Shown in pieces: positions 6,999 to 15,246 of a DNA stretch of 64,000 nt. The notes under the pieces are model-generated. The model was given only the letters and a program-made list of their open reading frames with translations, had not been told where the DNA came from and made no database searches. A program made the position numbers and the translations under genes. The stretch is taken from positions 15,598 to 79,597 of the forward strand of contig JAZSDL010000018.1 in assembly GCA_045531135.1 (NCBI GenBank), read 5' to 3'. The stretch's first letter is position 1. Every line of letters begins with the position of its first letter. Origin of the DNA: Eubacteriales bacterium. Lineage in GTDB: Bacteria > Bacillota > Clostridia > Oscillospirales > CAG-382.

Positions 6999-9170
6999 TT
7001 ATGCTGTAAATGAACCGAAAGCAATTCGTTTTACAAGAACGTAGTCAACCGAATCCACCGTCGCGGAGCCGTCAACGTTGGCGCGCATAGCTTCCTCCTC
7101 GCTAAGAAGGTAGGAACCGAAGCAAGCACGCTTTACAATAAGGTAGTCGGCAGAATCAATGCTTCCGTCGTTGTTTACGTCGCCCGTGATATACTCCGGC
7201 TCGACCTCGGCGGGCTCGCCTGCGTATGCCTCGATCTCGCCGAGCCAGATAAGGTTTTTGCCGGTCATATTCTCAAGCGATGCAGTTACCTTGATAGCGG
7301 TTGCCTTAACCGATTTTTCGGGCTCGATGACAACGCTGAATGCATATTTGTCCTCGCCGGTTCTTGTGTATTTGCCAAATTCCTTGTAGGTTTCGCCGTC
7401 CTCGGTGTAATAAACTGTCACGTCGGGCTCGGTAACGCCTGCGCTCAGCTTGTCGCCGCCTATGTTAACAACTACCTTGCCGAGATCGTAAACCGTATTG
7501 CCGTCGCCGAGCGGAACGATAACGTCAAGCTTTCTTGCGGTACCTACGTTAAAGCCAACCCATCTGCGATCGTTATAGGGCGATGAGGTCTGGTTGTCCT
7601 CGTGAGTAATAACCACACCGTCGGTAAGATCTCTGCCGCTGTCGTCGGCATAGTCGGCGTGCGCGGCGATGCTGGTGGTATATGCGTTGCCGAAAACAAG
7701 ATTGTCGCTAACGATTATCTCGGGCTCGGCGTTCATCGTCGTCTCTATCGCCTCGTACAAGCCCTCTGCCTTTGCTAACTGCGGGGTAGCGGTTTTAAGA
7801 TAAGCGCGAAGCTGATCGGAATATCTTAATACTCTGCCGTAACGGGCATCTTTCGCAGAGGTGATGTCAAGAAACGCCTCTGCTTCTTCAATAATATCGT
7901 TGTATTTAGCGATCTCGGTATTGTTGATCGTAAATGCACAAAATTCATAGATACCGCCGCTGTAATACTTGTTCCAAGCGGCATAGTACCAACGCTTGTG
8001 CTGGATATACTTGATATATCTTGCGGTAACGGGGGTGCTCATATTGATCTTGTCGGTGATCGAATTGCCCTCGGTACCGCCTGTTACGTTATACACCGTT
8101 GTAAAGTCGGTTCCGTTGGTGGAAACCTGAATCTCGTATTCAGAAACGTGCTCCTTGAACGCGATCTCAAACGAGGAGATAGTATAGGTATCCTTAAGAT
8201 CAAGCAACAGCCATTGCTTATCAACATCGTTGGCAAAAGAAACGCGGGTGGATCCGTCGCCGTCAACCGCAAGGTCGGCGGTAAATCTGCCGTCGTTTAC
8301 CTCAAGTCCGGATACGGTTGCGGTAGCACCCAGTGCTACGTTGGTCTTTCCGCCCTCAAGAGTGCCGCTTATATCGGGATCGGAGGAAGCGGGATATCTG
8401 TCGGAAAGACGGCAAGCCAAAAGCTTGGCAAGCAGTCCCTCGGTCTGAAAGGTTTTGTTCCATACGCCGTGTCCCCAACCGGTAAACTCGGTGTATTCCA
8501 CCAAGGTGCCGCCTGCGGCTTTGATAGCGTTTACAACGTTGCGCGAGCCCGAAACGGGTACGGTTTCGTCAACGTCGCCGTGGAAAACGAAAAGGGGAGT
8601 GTGCTTCAACAGATCTGCTTTGGATGCGTCTGCGCCGCCGCAAACGGCAATTGCCGCTGCAAAAATATCGTTGTGTCTGACCATAAGATCCCAGGTGCCG
8701 TAGCCGCCCATAGAAAGACCTGCGGCATAGATACGGTCGGTATCAACCGCATAGCTTTCGGTGACCTCGTTAACGATCTCAACAACCGCCTGAAGCTCGT
8801 TGGATTCGGGTACCGAATCGGTCGAATACGGTCCTGTGGCAAATGCAACGTCAACCCATTGCTGATTTAACGGACACTGAGGCACAAGGATAATGCAATC
8901 CTCGGGCATTGTGTCATAGATGGTCTGAATACAGTTAAAAAACTGCAATTCGTTATCATTGCCTCTTTCGCCCGCACCGTGCAAGAAAAGGAGCATCGGA
9001 TAATTTCCGTTTGTATCGTAATCGTCGGGAAGAAGCAAACGGTAGGGAATAGTGGTAGTTCCGTTTGTGTAGGTATGCTTTTCAGCAACCTCGTAAACGT
9101 CTGCCGCAAGCACCGAAAGCGGTGTTGCCAAACAGAGAAATGCAAGAATTACAGCTAAAATCTTTTTCAT
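6999..9170 (-). CDS. secreted alpha/beta-hydrolase esterase with discoidin (F5/8 type C)-like modules and a C-terminal type-I dockerin
   Basis: Signal peptide, HGAGERGNDNE and GLSMGG nucleophile elbow, FHGDVD...GWGHGVW. The C-terminus carries a duplicated Ca-binding segment GDVNNDGSIDSADYLIVKR / ANVDGSATVDSVDYVLVKR. Confidence 0.85.
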   Translation of the reverse strand: MKKILAVILAFLCLATPLSVLAADVYEVAEKHTYTNGTTTIPYRLLLPDDYDTNGNYPMLLFLHGAGERGNDNELQFFNCIQTIYDTMPEDCIILVPQCPLNQQWVDVAFATGPYSTDSVPESNELQAVVEIVNEVTESYAVDTDRIYAAGLSMGGYGTWDLMVRHNDIFAAAIAVCGGADASKADLLKHTPLFVFHGDVDETVPVSGSRNVVNAIKAAGGTLVEYTEFTGWGHGVWNKTFQTEGLLAKLLACRLSDRYPASSDPDISGTLEGGKTNVALGATATVSGLEVNDGRFTADLAVDGDGSTRVSFANDVDKQWLLLDLKDTYTISSFEIAFKEHVSEYEIQVSTNGTDFTTVYNVTGGTEGNSITDKINMSTPVTARYIKYIQHKRWYYAAWNKYYSGGIYEFCAFTINNTEIAKYNDIIEEAEAFLDITSAKDARYGRVLRYSDQLRAYLKTATPQLAKAEGLYEAIETTMNAEPEIIVSDNLVFGNAYTTSIAAHADYADDSGRDLTDGVVITHEDNQTSSPYNDRRWVGFNVGTARKLDVIVPLGDGNTVYDLGKVVVNIGGDKLSAGVTEPDVTVYYTEDGETYKEFGKYTRTGEDKYAFSVVIEPEKSVKATAIKVTASLENMTGKNLIWLGEIEAYAGEPAEVEPEYITGDVNNDGSIDSADYLIVKRACFGSYLLSEEEAMRANVDGSATVDSVDYVLVKRIAFGSFTA

Positions 9171-9183
9171 TGCTTGGCTCCTT

Positions 9184-10167
9184 TTATCTTTTATTCTTCT
9201 TTTTTATGAAAATTACCGTTACAACAGCGCATGCGGAGATGACCGCAAGCGAAATAATAACCGCAACTATCACCTTGTTCGTTCCATCCTCGCCGTCCGA
9301 GACAGTATCGCCCGATTCGAGATCGGATGAAGCTTCGGATATAGATACGACACTATCGGCGTCGGATGACGATTCGGCAGTGCTTCCGTAACGCTCGCTG
9401 AGCTTGTTTGAAAGCAGCTTTTCGAGCAGCTTCGGTTCGGCAAATGCCTTGTTCCAGACACCGTGTCCCCAGCCCTGATATTCGGTATATTCAAGTCTTG
9501 TGCCGCCCGCTTGGCGAATAGCATTCACGGTATCGCGCGAGCCGCTTACGGGAACGTCGGTATCAACGTCGCCGTGGAAGACGTACATGGGAATATCCTT
9601 TAAAAGCTCTGCCTTTGTCGGATCTCCGCCACCGCATACAGCAATACCTGCGGCAAAGAAATCGTTGTGGCGGACCATAACGTCCCAAACCGCAAATCCG
9701 CCCATTGAGATACCTGCGGCATAGATCCTGTCGGTATCGACCGAATATTCCTCTGTAAGCGATCTTGAGAGCTTATAGACTGCATTCAACTCGTTGGATT
9801 CAGGCGTTTTGTCCATCGAATAGGGACCTAAGCTCCAATATGCGTCTACCCATTGCTGTTCCTTGGGACATTGCGGCACAACAATAATGCAATCCTCCGG
9901 CATATTATCATAGATGTACTGAACACAATGTACAAACTGGGCCTCGTTATCGTTGCCTCTCTCACCTGCACCGTGGAAGAACACAAGCATGGGGTAGGAT
10001 TTGCTTTCGTCATAATCATCGGGAAGAAGCAAACGGTACGGTATCACGGCATCCATATACGTGTAGCTGTGCTTTTCTGCAACCGTGTAAATATCACCCT
10101 TTGCGGATGCGTTAAGCGGGCATATAAGAAGAAGCAAAACGATAAGGATCAATATCGATTTTTTCAT
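9184..10167 (-). CDS. esterase paralogue with Ser/Asp/Glu linker and C-terminal TM anchor
   Basis: Shares long identical blocks with the N-terminal 260 aa of 6999-9170 (IPYRLLLPDDYD, HGAGERGNDNE, VDTDRIYAAG, GWGHGVWNK). Ends in a hydrophobic helix followed by KKKNKR. Confidence 0.85.
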   Translation of the reverse strand: MKKSILILIVLLLLICPLNASAKGDIYTVAEKHSYTYMDAVIPYRLLLPDDYDESKSYPMLVFFHGAGERGNDNEAQFVHCVQYIYDNMPEDCIIVVPQCPKEQQWVDAYWSLGPYSMDKTPESNELNAVYKLSRSLTEEYSVDTDRIYAAGISMGGFAVWDVMVRHNDFFAAGIAVCGGGDPTKAELLKDIPMYVFHGDVDTDVPVSGSRDTVNAIRQAGGTRLEYTEYQGWGHGVWNKAFAEPKLLEKLLSNKLSERYGSTAESSSDADSVVSISEASSDLESGDTVSDGEDGTNKVIVAVIISLAVISACAVVTVIFIKKKNKR

Positions 10168-10223
10168 AATCCCCCTCCGAAAAAAACTATTTTTAAAATT
10201 ATATCATATCTACAGTTGATTTG

Positions 10224-10262
10224 CAAGAAAAAACTGCGTTTGGCTGTACCAAACGCAGTTTT
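10224..10262 (-). terminator. rho-independent terminator after the 1019-aa gene
   Basis: AAAACTGCGTTTGG-CTGTA-CCAAACGCAGTTTT, with a T-run on the minus strand. Confidence 0.65.
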
Positions 10263-10270
10263 GTAATATT

Positions 10271-13200
10271 TTATTTAACTTCGATTTCAACGTAGCAGAT
10301 ATCCGACTCGCCGAGACCGCAGTCATAGGTGTAACCAAACGTTACCTTGCCGGTAAAGCTGTCATCTGCATAATAGGTGAATTTGCCGTCATCGCCGATG
10401 GAAACGGTGCCGTATTCGGGAGATGCAACAAGGTTGATCACGCAATTGTCGGGAACCTCCTCCATAGCTACGCAATCGGTTGCTTCGCCCTTCTTGGCTT
10501 CGACCGTAATGGTCTCGAGTGCATCGGGATATGCGGGCAACGTGCCCTTGATGAACTGATAGGTTGCATCGTAGAGATAACGTATGCTCGGGTCGCTGCT
10601 TTGAGAAAGCGTTTTGTAAATAGTGATCTCCTGATAGTACATATGAACACAGTTCTTCATATAACCGTGCTTTGCACCCATTGCAAGATACTCAAGATAT
10701 CTGTTGTAAAGGTCGGGATCGGATATGCTCTTGCTCGAGATCTCTATCTCGATACCCATACCGTAGGTACGGATAATGTCAGCCGCCTCGTCAAGACGTC
10801 CCTCGGCTACCTCGTTCTTATCAAAAACGTAGCCGGGCTGCATACATGCAACGTCAAATCCGTTTGCCTTCCAATCGGCAACACCGGGAGCCAGGAACCA
10901 AGGAATCCAGAAGAAATCGTATCCGCGGCTGTGCGAAAGGTTGCTTACCTTCTGAACGAGCGATGCCTCGTTTCCTTCGGGGTAAACGCCCTCGTTGAAC
11001 CAATAATAGCCGGAAAATTCAATGTTCTTGAAATCATACTGAGCAAGCTTGGCTTCAAACTGCTTCATCTGCCATTCGACCTCACGGACGCGGTTTGCCT
11101 CGGTGGTGAGATCATCGATAACACCGTCGCCGTTGATATCGCCGTACTGCTTTCTGCTGCTGTTGGGCTTATAAAGTGAAACTGTGAAGTTGTATTTGAA
11201 ATCGTCGCCGAGACCGAGTGCTTCCTTTACCTTGCCTGCGGCTTCGTCAAGTGCCTGAATGTTTTTTCCGTCTGTAAAGAGGTCGTTAAGCACCCATTCC
11301 ATATCCGACATGGTGTGGTCAACGGTCGTGCCGAGACCGGAGGGGAACTTGCCGCTTACGAGGAAGAGGAAGCTGTCGAACATGGTGTCCTTAATGTTTC
11401 CTTCGGAGTCTACGTATGCGAGATAGGGAATAAGATCGTCAACGTTGTAGCCGTTAAGCGATACGCCGTGGTAAAGCAGACAGAGGTCCTGTACACCGTT
11501 AAGAACGCTCTCGTCGGGGGCAAAATAACCGAGCGAGCTGTTTTCCTTGGTGTTGTAGCCGGCGCTTGCAAGTGCGGTTCCGTTTGCCGATTTGGTACCG
11601 AATACCTCAAACTCGCTGATGCCGATCCACTCAACCGAAAGAATCGCAAAGCAAACGTATCTTGCCTTTACGTTCTTGCCGAGATCAAGCTTGCCGGTAA
11701 GCACGCCTTCGGTAGATGTATTGATCTTTATCTCGCCCGCATGGTACCAGGTAGCTGCATCTTCGGAAAGGTAAACAGTTACACTGTTGGGAGCGCGTAC
11801 GCCCCAGTCGGGACGGTGGGTAAACTGTGCGGTAAAGCTTCTTACCGAGCTGGTTGCGGTAAGGTCGTAATAGAAATCAAGAGGAGCGGCGGTGCTTCTG
11901 AACTTAAAGAAGCTGCCGTTGTGGATGTCGTTGGTGGAAGGATATTTACCGTCGGTAAGCACCTTGATATCCACGGGGGACATATTGTCTGTATTAACGC
12001 CGCTTGCGTGTGTGGGAACGTAGATCTGCTGGGTAAGTCCCTTGATAAGATTTACGCTCTCGTTAGAGGGCGATTCCCAATTCTTTTCGGTTCTGTCAAA
12101 AGAAACGGCGGGATAGTAGGAATCGGGCGAGTTGGTGCCGATCTGAGCATATACACAAGCTTCTTCAATAAGATATCTAACGGTTTCGGTCTCCTCAAGA
12201 GTAAAGCGCACGTATCTGCCCTTTGCGGTCTTGTTGAGATAAAGAGGGAAATCGTATACCTGCTGATTGGAGGCGGTGCCGAACACTCTGCCGATGTCGG
12301 TGTAGCTGTTGCCGTCTTCGCTTACCGCATAGGTAACTGCAACAGGCATATAGGAGCCGGTGAGTGAATTGGAATAGCAGGGAAGAGAGAACGCGCAAAG
12401 AGTGTCATAAACTTTGCCGAGGTCAACAACGATCTCGATCTTTTGATTGCCCTCGTATCCGACCCAGCTGCCGAGCGTGTAGGATTTGGTGATCTTGCCG
12501 TCGGTGAGGTAGTCACGGTCTACAAAGCCCTTAATGCTGTCTGCGGAGGAGGTATAGGTCTTGCCCTCGCTTACGAGAGTGGTGGCGAGGTCGGGGTTGG
12601 GAACGGTGGAACCGTCAAACTTAATAACACCGAGCTCGTCGTATGCATTCTTGATGCTTTCTGCAAAGTTCTCGTTTATCGATGCCTCATTTTCGGTGTC
12701 GGCGATTGCCTGAACTTCATCAAGGAACACCCAACCCGAAGGTCTTGCGATAACGAAACGTACAAAACGTGCGGTGCGGTAATTTTCAAGACGCAAAACC
12801 GCCTCAAGACGCTTGCTGTTTTCAAACTCGGGAATCTCCATATTGCCGATGTTTTCATAACGTCCGCCATCAGCGGCTATCGATACTCTTACCGAGCTGG
12901 GAAGAACTACACCCGATCCCTCCATGGAAAGAAATCCAATGCGAAATTCGTAAATGCGTTCGTAATTTACACCGAGGTCAACGGTAATGTTGATAGAATT
13001 GCTGCCCGAGTAACCCGAAAAAACAGGAGAGGAATAATCGGGTGCATCGGCGGGAGCCATCTGACCGTCGGTAAGCTCAATACCGTATGTATCGGGATAA
13101 CCGGAGCCCGATTCTACTGTGGAAATGTAGGATTTGCCGAGCGTTACAACGGTTGAATACTCAGGGTTTTCAACGGGAATAAGCTCTTCGGTGGTGCTTG

Positions 13201-13330
13201 ATTCACTGCCTGAATCGACATCGGCATCGGCCGAGCTGTCGGTCGAATCGCCGTTGCAGGCAACAAGCGAAGGTACCAGCATGGCGATGAGCAATACCAA
13301 CGCCAAAACCGAAACGAATTTCTTGTTCAT
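10271..13330 (-). CDS. large surface lipoprotein with several discoidin/CBM-like modules and a glycoside-hydrolase-like (DUF4855-like?) region
   Basis: 1019 aa with lipobox LVACNG and a Ser/Asp-rich linker. Recurring ...RYVRF...E(V/F)(Q/E)(A/V)... jelly-roll signatures. The central/C-terminal YYWFNEG...FFWIPWF block is family-assigned from memory only. Confidence 0.8.
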   Translation of the reverse strand: MNKKFVSVLALVLLIAMLVPSLVACNGDSTDSSADADVDSGSESSTTEELIPVENPEYSTVVTLGKSYISTVESGSGYPDTYGIELTDGQMAPADAPDYSSPVFSGYSGSNSINITVDLGVNYERIYEFRIGFLSMEGSGVVLPSSVRVSIAADGGRYENIGNMEIPEFENSKRLEAVLRLENYRTARFVRFVIARPSGWVFLDEVQAIADTENEASINENFAESIKNAYDELGVIKFDGSTVPNPDLATTLVSEGKTYTSSADSIKGFVDRDYLTDGKITKSYTLGSWVGYEGNQKIEIVVDLGKVYDTLCAFSLPCYSNSLTGSYMPVAVTYAVSEDGNSYTDIGRVFGTASNQQVYDFPLYLNKTAKGRYVRFTLEETETVRYLIEEACVYAQIGTNSPDSYYPAVSFDRTEKNWESPSNESVNLIKGLTQQIYVPTHASGVNTDNMSPVDIKVLTDGKYPSTNDIHNGSFFKFRSTAAPLDFYYDLTATSSVRSFTAQFTHRPDWGVRAPNSVTVYLSEDAATWYHAGEIKINTSTEGVLTGKLDLGKNVKARYVCFAILSVEWIGISEFEVFGTKSANGTALASAGYNTKENSSLGYFAPDESVLNGVQDLCLLYHGVSLNGYNVDDLIPYLAYVDSEGNIKDTMFDSFLFLVSGKFPSGLGTTVDHTMSDMEWVLNDLFTDGKNIQALDEAAGKVKEALGLGDDFKYNFTVSLYKPNSSRKQYGDINGDGVIDDLTTEANRVREVEWQMKQFEAKLAQYDFKNIEFSGYYWFNEGVYPEGNEASLVQKVSNLSHSRGYDFFWIPWFLAPGVADWKANGFDVACMQPGYVFDKNEVAEGRLDEAADIIRTYGMGIEIEISSKSISDPDLYNRYLEYLAMGAKHGYMKNCVHMYYQEITIYKTLSQSSDPSIRYLYDATYQFIKGTLPAYPDALETITVEAKKGEATDCVAMEEVPDNCVINLVASPEYGTVSIGDDGKFTYYADDSFTGKVTFGYTYDCGLGESDICYVEIEVK

Positions 13331-13500
13331 ACTGTGATCTCCGTTTTCAAATTATAGTTTTTTCATTATATCATACAAATTTATAAATTGCAATATCTTG
13401 TGCGACTTTCGTGCGACAAACACGGGATGAATTTTAGGTACCGTCGGATGTAAAATGCTTTACGTCGGGTGCGGACAAAAAAGCAAAGGAGGTCATCGCA

Positions 13501-13872
13501 ATAGAAAAAACGAAAAAAACATTCAAAACCCGAAAAGAGCTTGAACTCGCGGTCGATGCTTACTTCGAGGAATACCTGAGAGAAAGCAACGAGGTCGCGG
13601 ATATCGAATCGCTTGCCGATTATCTCGGCACAACCAGGGATGAGTTGATGTCGAAGCTGAACGACAAGCGTTTCGGAAGTGTGCTGAGATTGGCAAGAAA
13701 CAGGATAGCGAAAATTAAAAAGCAATTGGCTTTCGGCGGAAAGATACCCGCCGCGGTACTGTCATTCGACCTGAAAAACAATCACGGCTACCGCGATAAG
13801 CCCGAGGACAGCGAGGGTACATCGGGCGAAACGGTTGTATTCAAGGGAAAGACGTCGGATTGGGCTAAATGA
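13501..13872 (+). CDS. phage terminase small subunit (gp3-type), non-canonical ATA start proposed
   Basis: The frame is open from 13438 and AAAGGAGG sits 8 nt before ATA 13501. Conserved blocks KTFKTRKELELAVDAYFEEY, ADIESLADYLGTTRDEL and LKNNHGYRDK. The stop overlaps the TerL ATG (ATGA). Confidence 0.6.
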   Translation: MEKTKKTFKTRKELELAVDAYFEEYLRESNEVADIESLADYLGTTRDELMSKLNDKRFGSVLRLARNRIAKIKKQLAFGGKIPAAVLSFDLKNNHGYRDKPEDSEGTSGETVVFKGKTSDWAK

Positions 13873-15233
13873 ACGAGATCGTAATAGAACCCAACGAAAA
13901 ACAGCGGATCTTTTTCGAGTCGAACGCAAAATACACCGCCTACGGAGGAGCACGTGGCGGCGGAAAAAGCTGGGCGATGAGAATGAAGCTGATATTGCTG
14001 GCACTTAACTACGAGGGAATACAGATACTTCTTTTAAGGCGCACACTTGCCGAGCTGCGCGAGAACCACCTTTTACCGATGATGGCGGTTTTAAAGGGGA
14101 TCGCAAGGTATCACTCGGGCGAAAAGGAGTTCCGTTTCCCAAACGGTTCAAGGATAAAGCTGGGATATTGCGACAGCGAAAACGACGTATTGCAGTTTCA
14201 GGGACAGGCGTATGAGGTCATCGGTTTGGAGGAGGCGACACATTTTACCGAATTTCAGTTTCTTGCCCTTACCGAGAGCAATCGCGCCGCAGGCAATATG
14301 AAAACACGGTTTTCACCGCGTATGTATTTCACCTGCAATCCGGGCGGAGTAGGTCACAGCTGGGTAAAAAGGCGGTTTATCGATCGCGTGTTTTACGGCA
14401 ACGAAAAAAGCGAGGATTATCTTTTTATCAAGTCACTTGTATTTGATAATCGCTACATAATGAAGAACAACCCCGAGTACGTCGATACGCTGATGAACCT
14501 TCCGGAGATACGGCGCAAAGCGATGCTTTACGGAGATTGGGATGCCTTCGAGGGATGCTTTTTCCCCGAATTCAACCCGAGCAGGCATGTCATTTACGGT
14601 GAAGCAAAAATCCCGCAAAACGCGGTGCGCTTCTGCGCGCTCGATTACGGTCTGGATATGACCGCATGCCTTTGGTGCGCGGTCGATACGGACGGCAGCG
14701 TGACAGTCTACCGCGAGCTTTATGAGAAAAATCTGCTGCTTTCCGAGGCGTCGGAGCGAATCACGGCGATGACCGAAGCGGGCGAGAAAATACGGTATAC
14801 CGTCGCCTCGCCTGACCTTTGGAACAGACGGCAGGAAAGCGGCAAGCGCGGCTTTGACATTATGGCGGAGCAGGGATTAAAGCATATGATAAAAGCGGAT
14901 GATTCGCGTATTGCGGGTTGGCGTATAGTGCGCGAGTATTTAAAGTCCGGCGAATCATTCGGCGGAGAACCGAAATTGAAAATATCATACAAATGCACAA
15001 ACCTTATCCGCTGTCTGCCGTTGCTCCGGTTCGACAGTAAGGTGCGTGAGGATGCATCCGACAGTCCGCACGAGATCACTCACGCACCCGAAGCACTGCG
15101 TTATGCGCTTATGTCGCGTCAGCCGAGAGCAAAGCCGATGATGCGAAATTGTTATAAATCGTCGGTCTATACATTCGACGTTCCGAAATCCGAGACCGTC
15201 GGCAGCGAATTTGCTGATTTTATCGGATATTGA
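13869..15233 (+). CDS. phage terminase large subunit
   Basis: Walker A GGARGGGKS, Walker B/coupling VIGLEEATH, and a C-terminal nuclease-like half (ALDYGLD...ASPD). Confidence 0.9.
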   Translation: MNEIVIEPNEKQRIFFESNAKYTAYGGARGGGKSWAMRMKLILLALNYEGIQILLLRRTLAELRENHLLPMMAVLKGIARYHSGEKEFRFPNGSRIKLGYCDSENDVLQFQGQAYEVIGLEEATHFTEFQFLALTESNRAAGNMKTRFSPRMYFTCNPGGVGHSWVKRRFIDRVFYGNEKSEDYLFIKSLVFDNRYIMKNNPEYVDTLMNLPEIRRKAMLYGDWDAFEGCFFPEFNPSRHVIYGEAKIPQNAVRFCALDYGLDMTACLWCAVDTDGSVTVYRELYEKNLLLSEASERITAMTEAGEKIRYTVASPDLWNRRQESGKRGFDIMAEQGLKHMIKADDSRIAGWRIVREYLKSGESFGGEPKLKISYKCTNLIRCLPLLRFDSKVREDASDSPHEITHAPEALRYALMSRQPRAKPMMRNCYKSSVYTFDVPKSETVGSEFADFIGY

Positions 15234-15246
15234 TGAAAGGAGAACG

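Noticed and set aside
11315-13156. 350-aa and 237-aa plus-strand ORFs (11315-12367, 12443-13156), and similar ones at 7998-8870 and 10601-11179
   Set aside because: All lie antisense inside the large, well-supported minus-strand surface-protein genes and are Gly/Val/Cys-rich nonsense.
13381-13725. 114-aa minus-strand ORF at the left edge of the phage-like cluster (possible repressor?)
   Set aside because: It is antisense to the TerS coding frame, which shows conserved TerS blocks. It has no HTH motif and no RBS.
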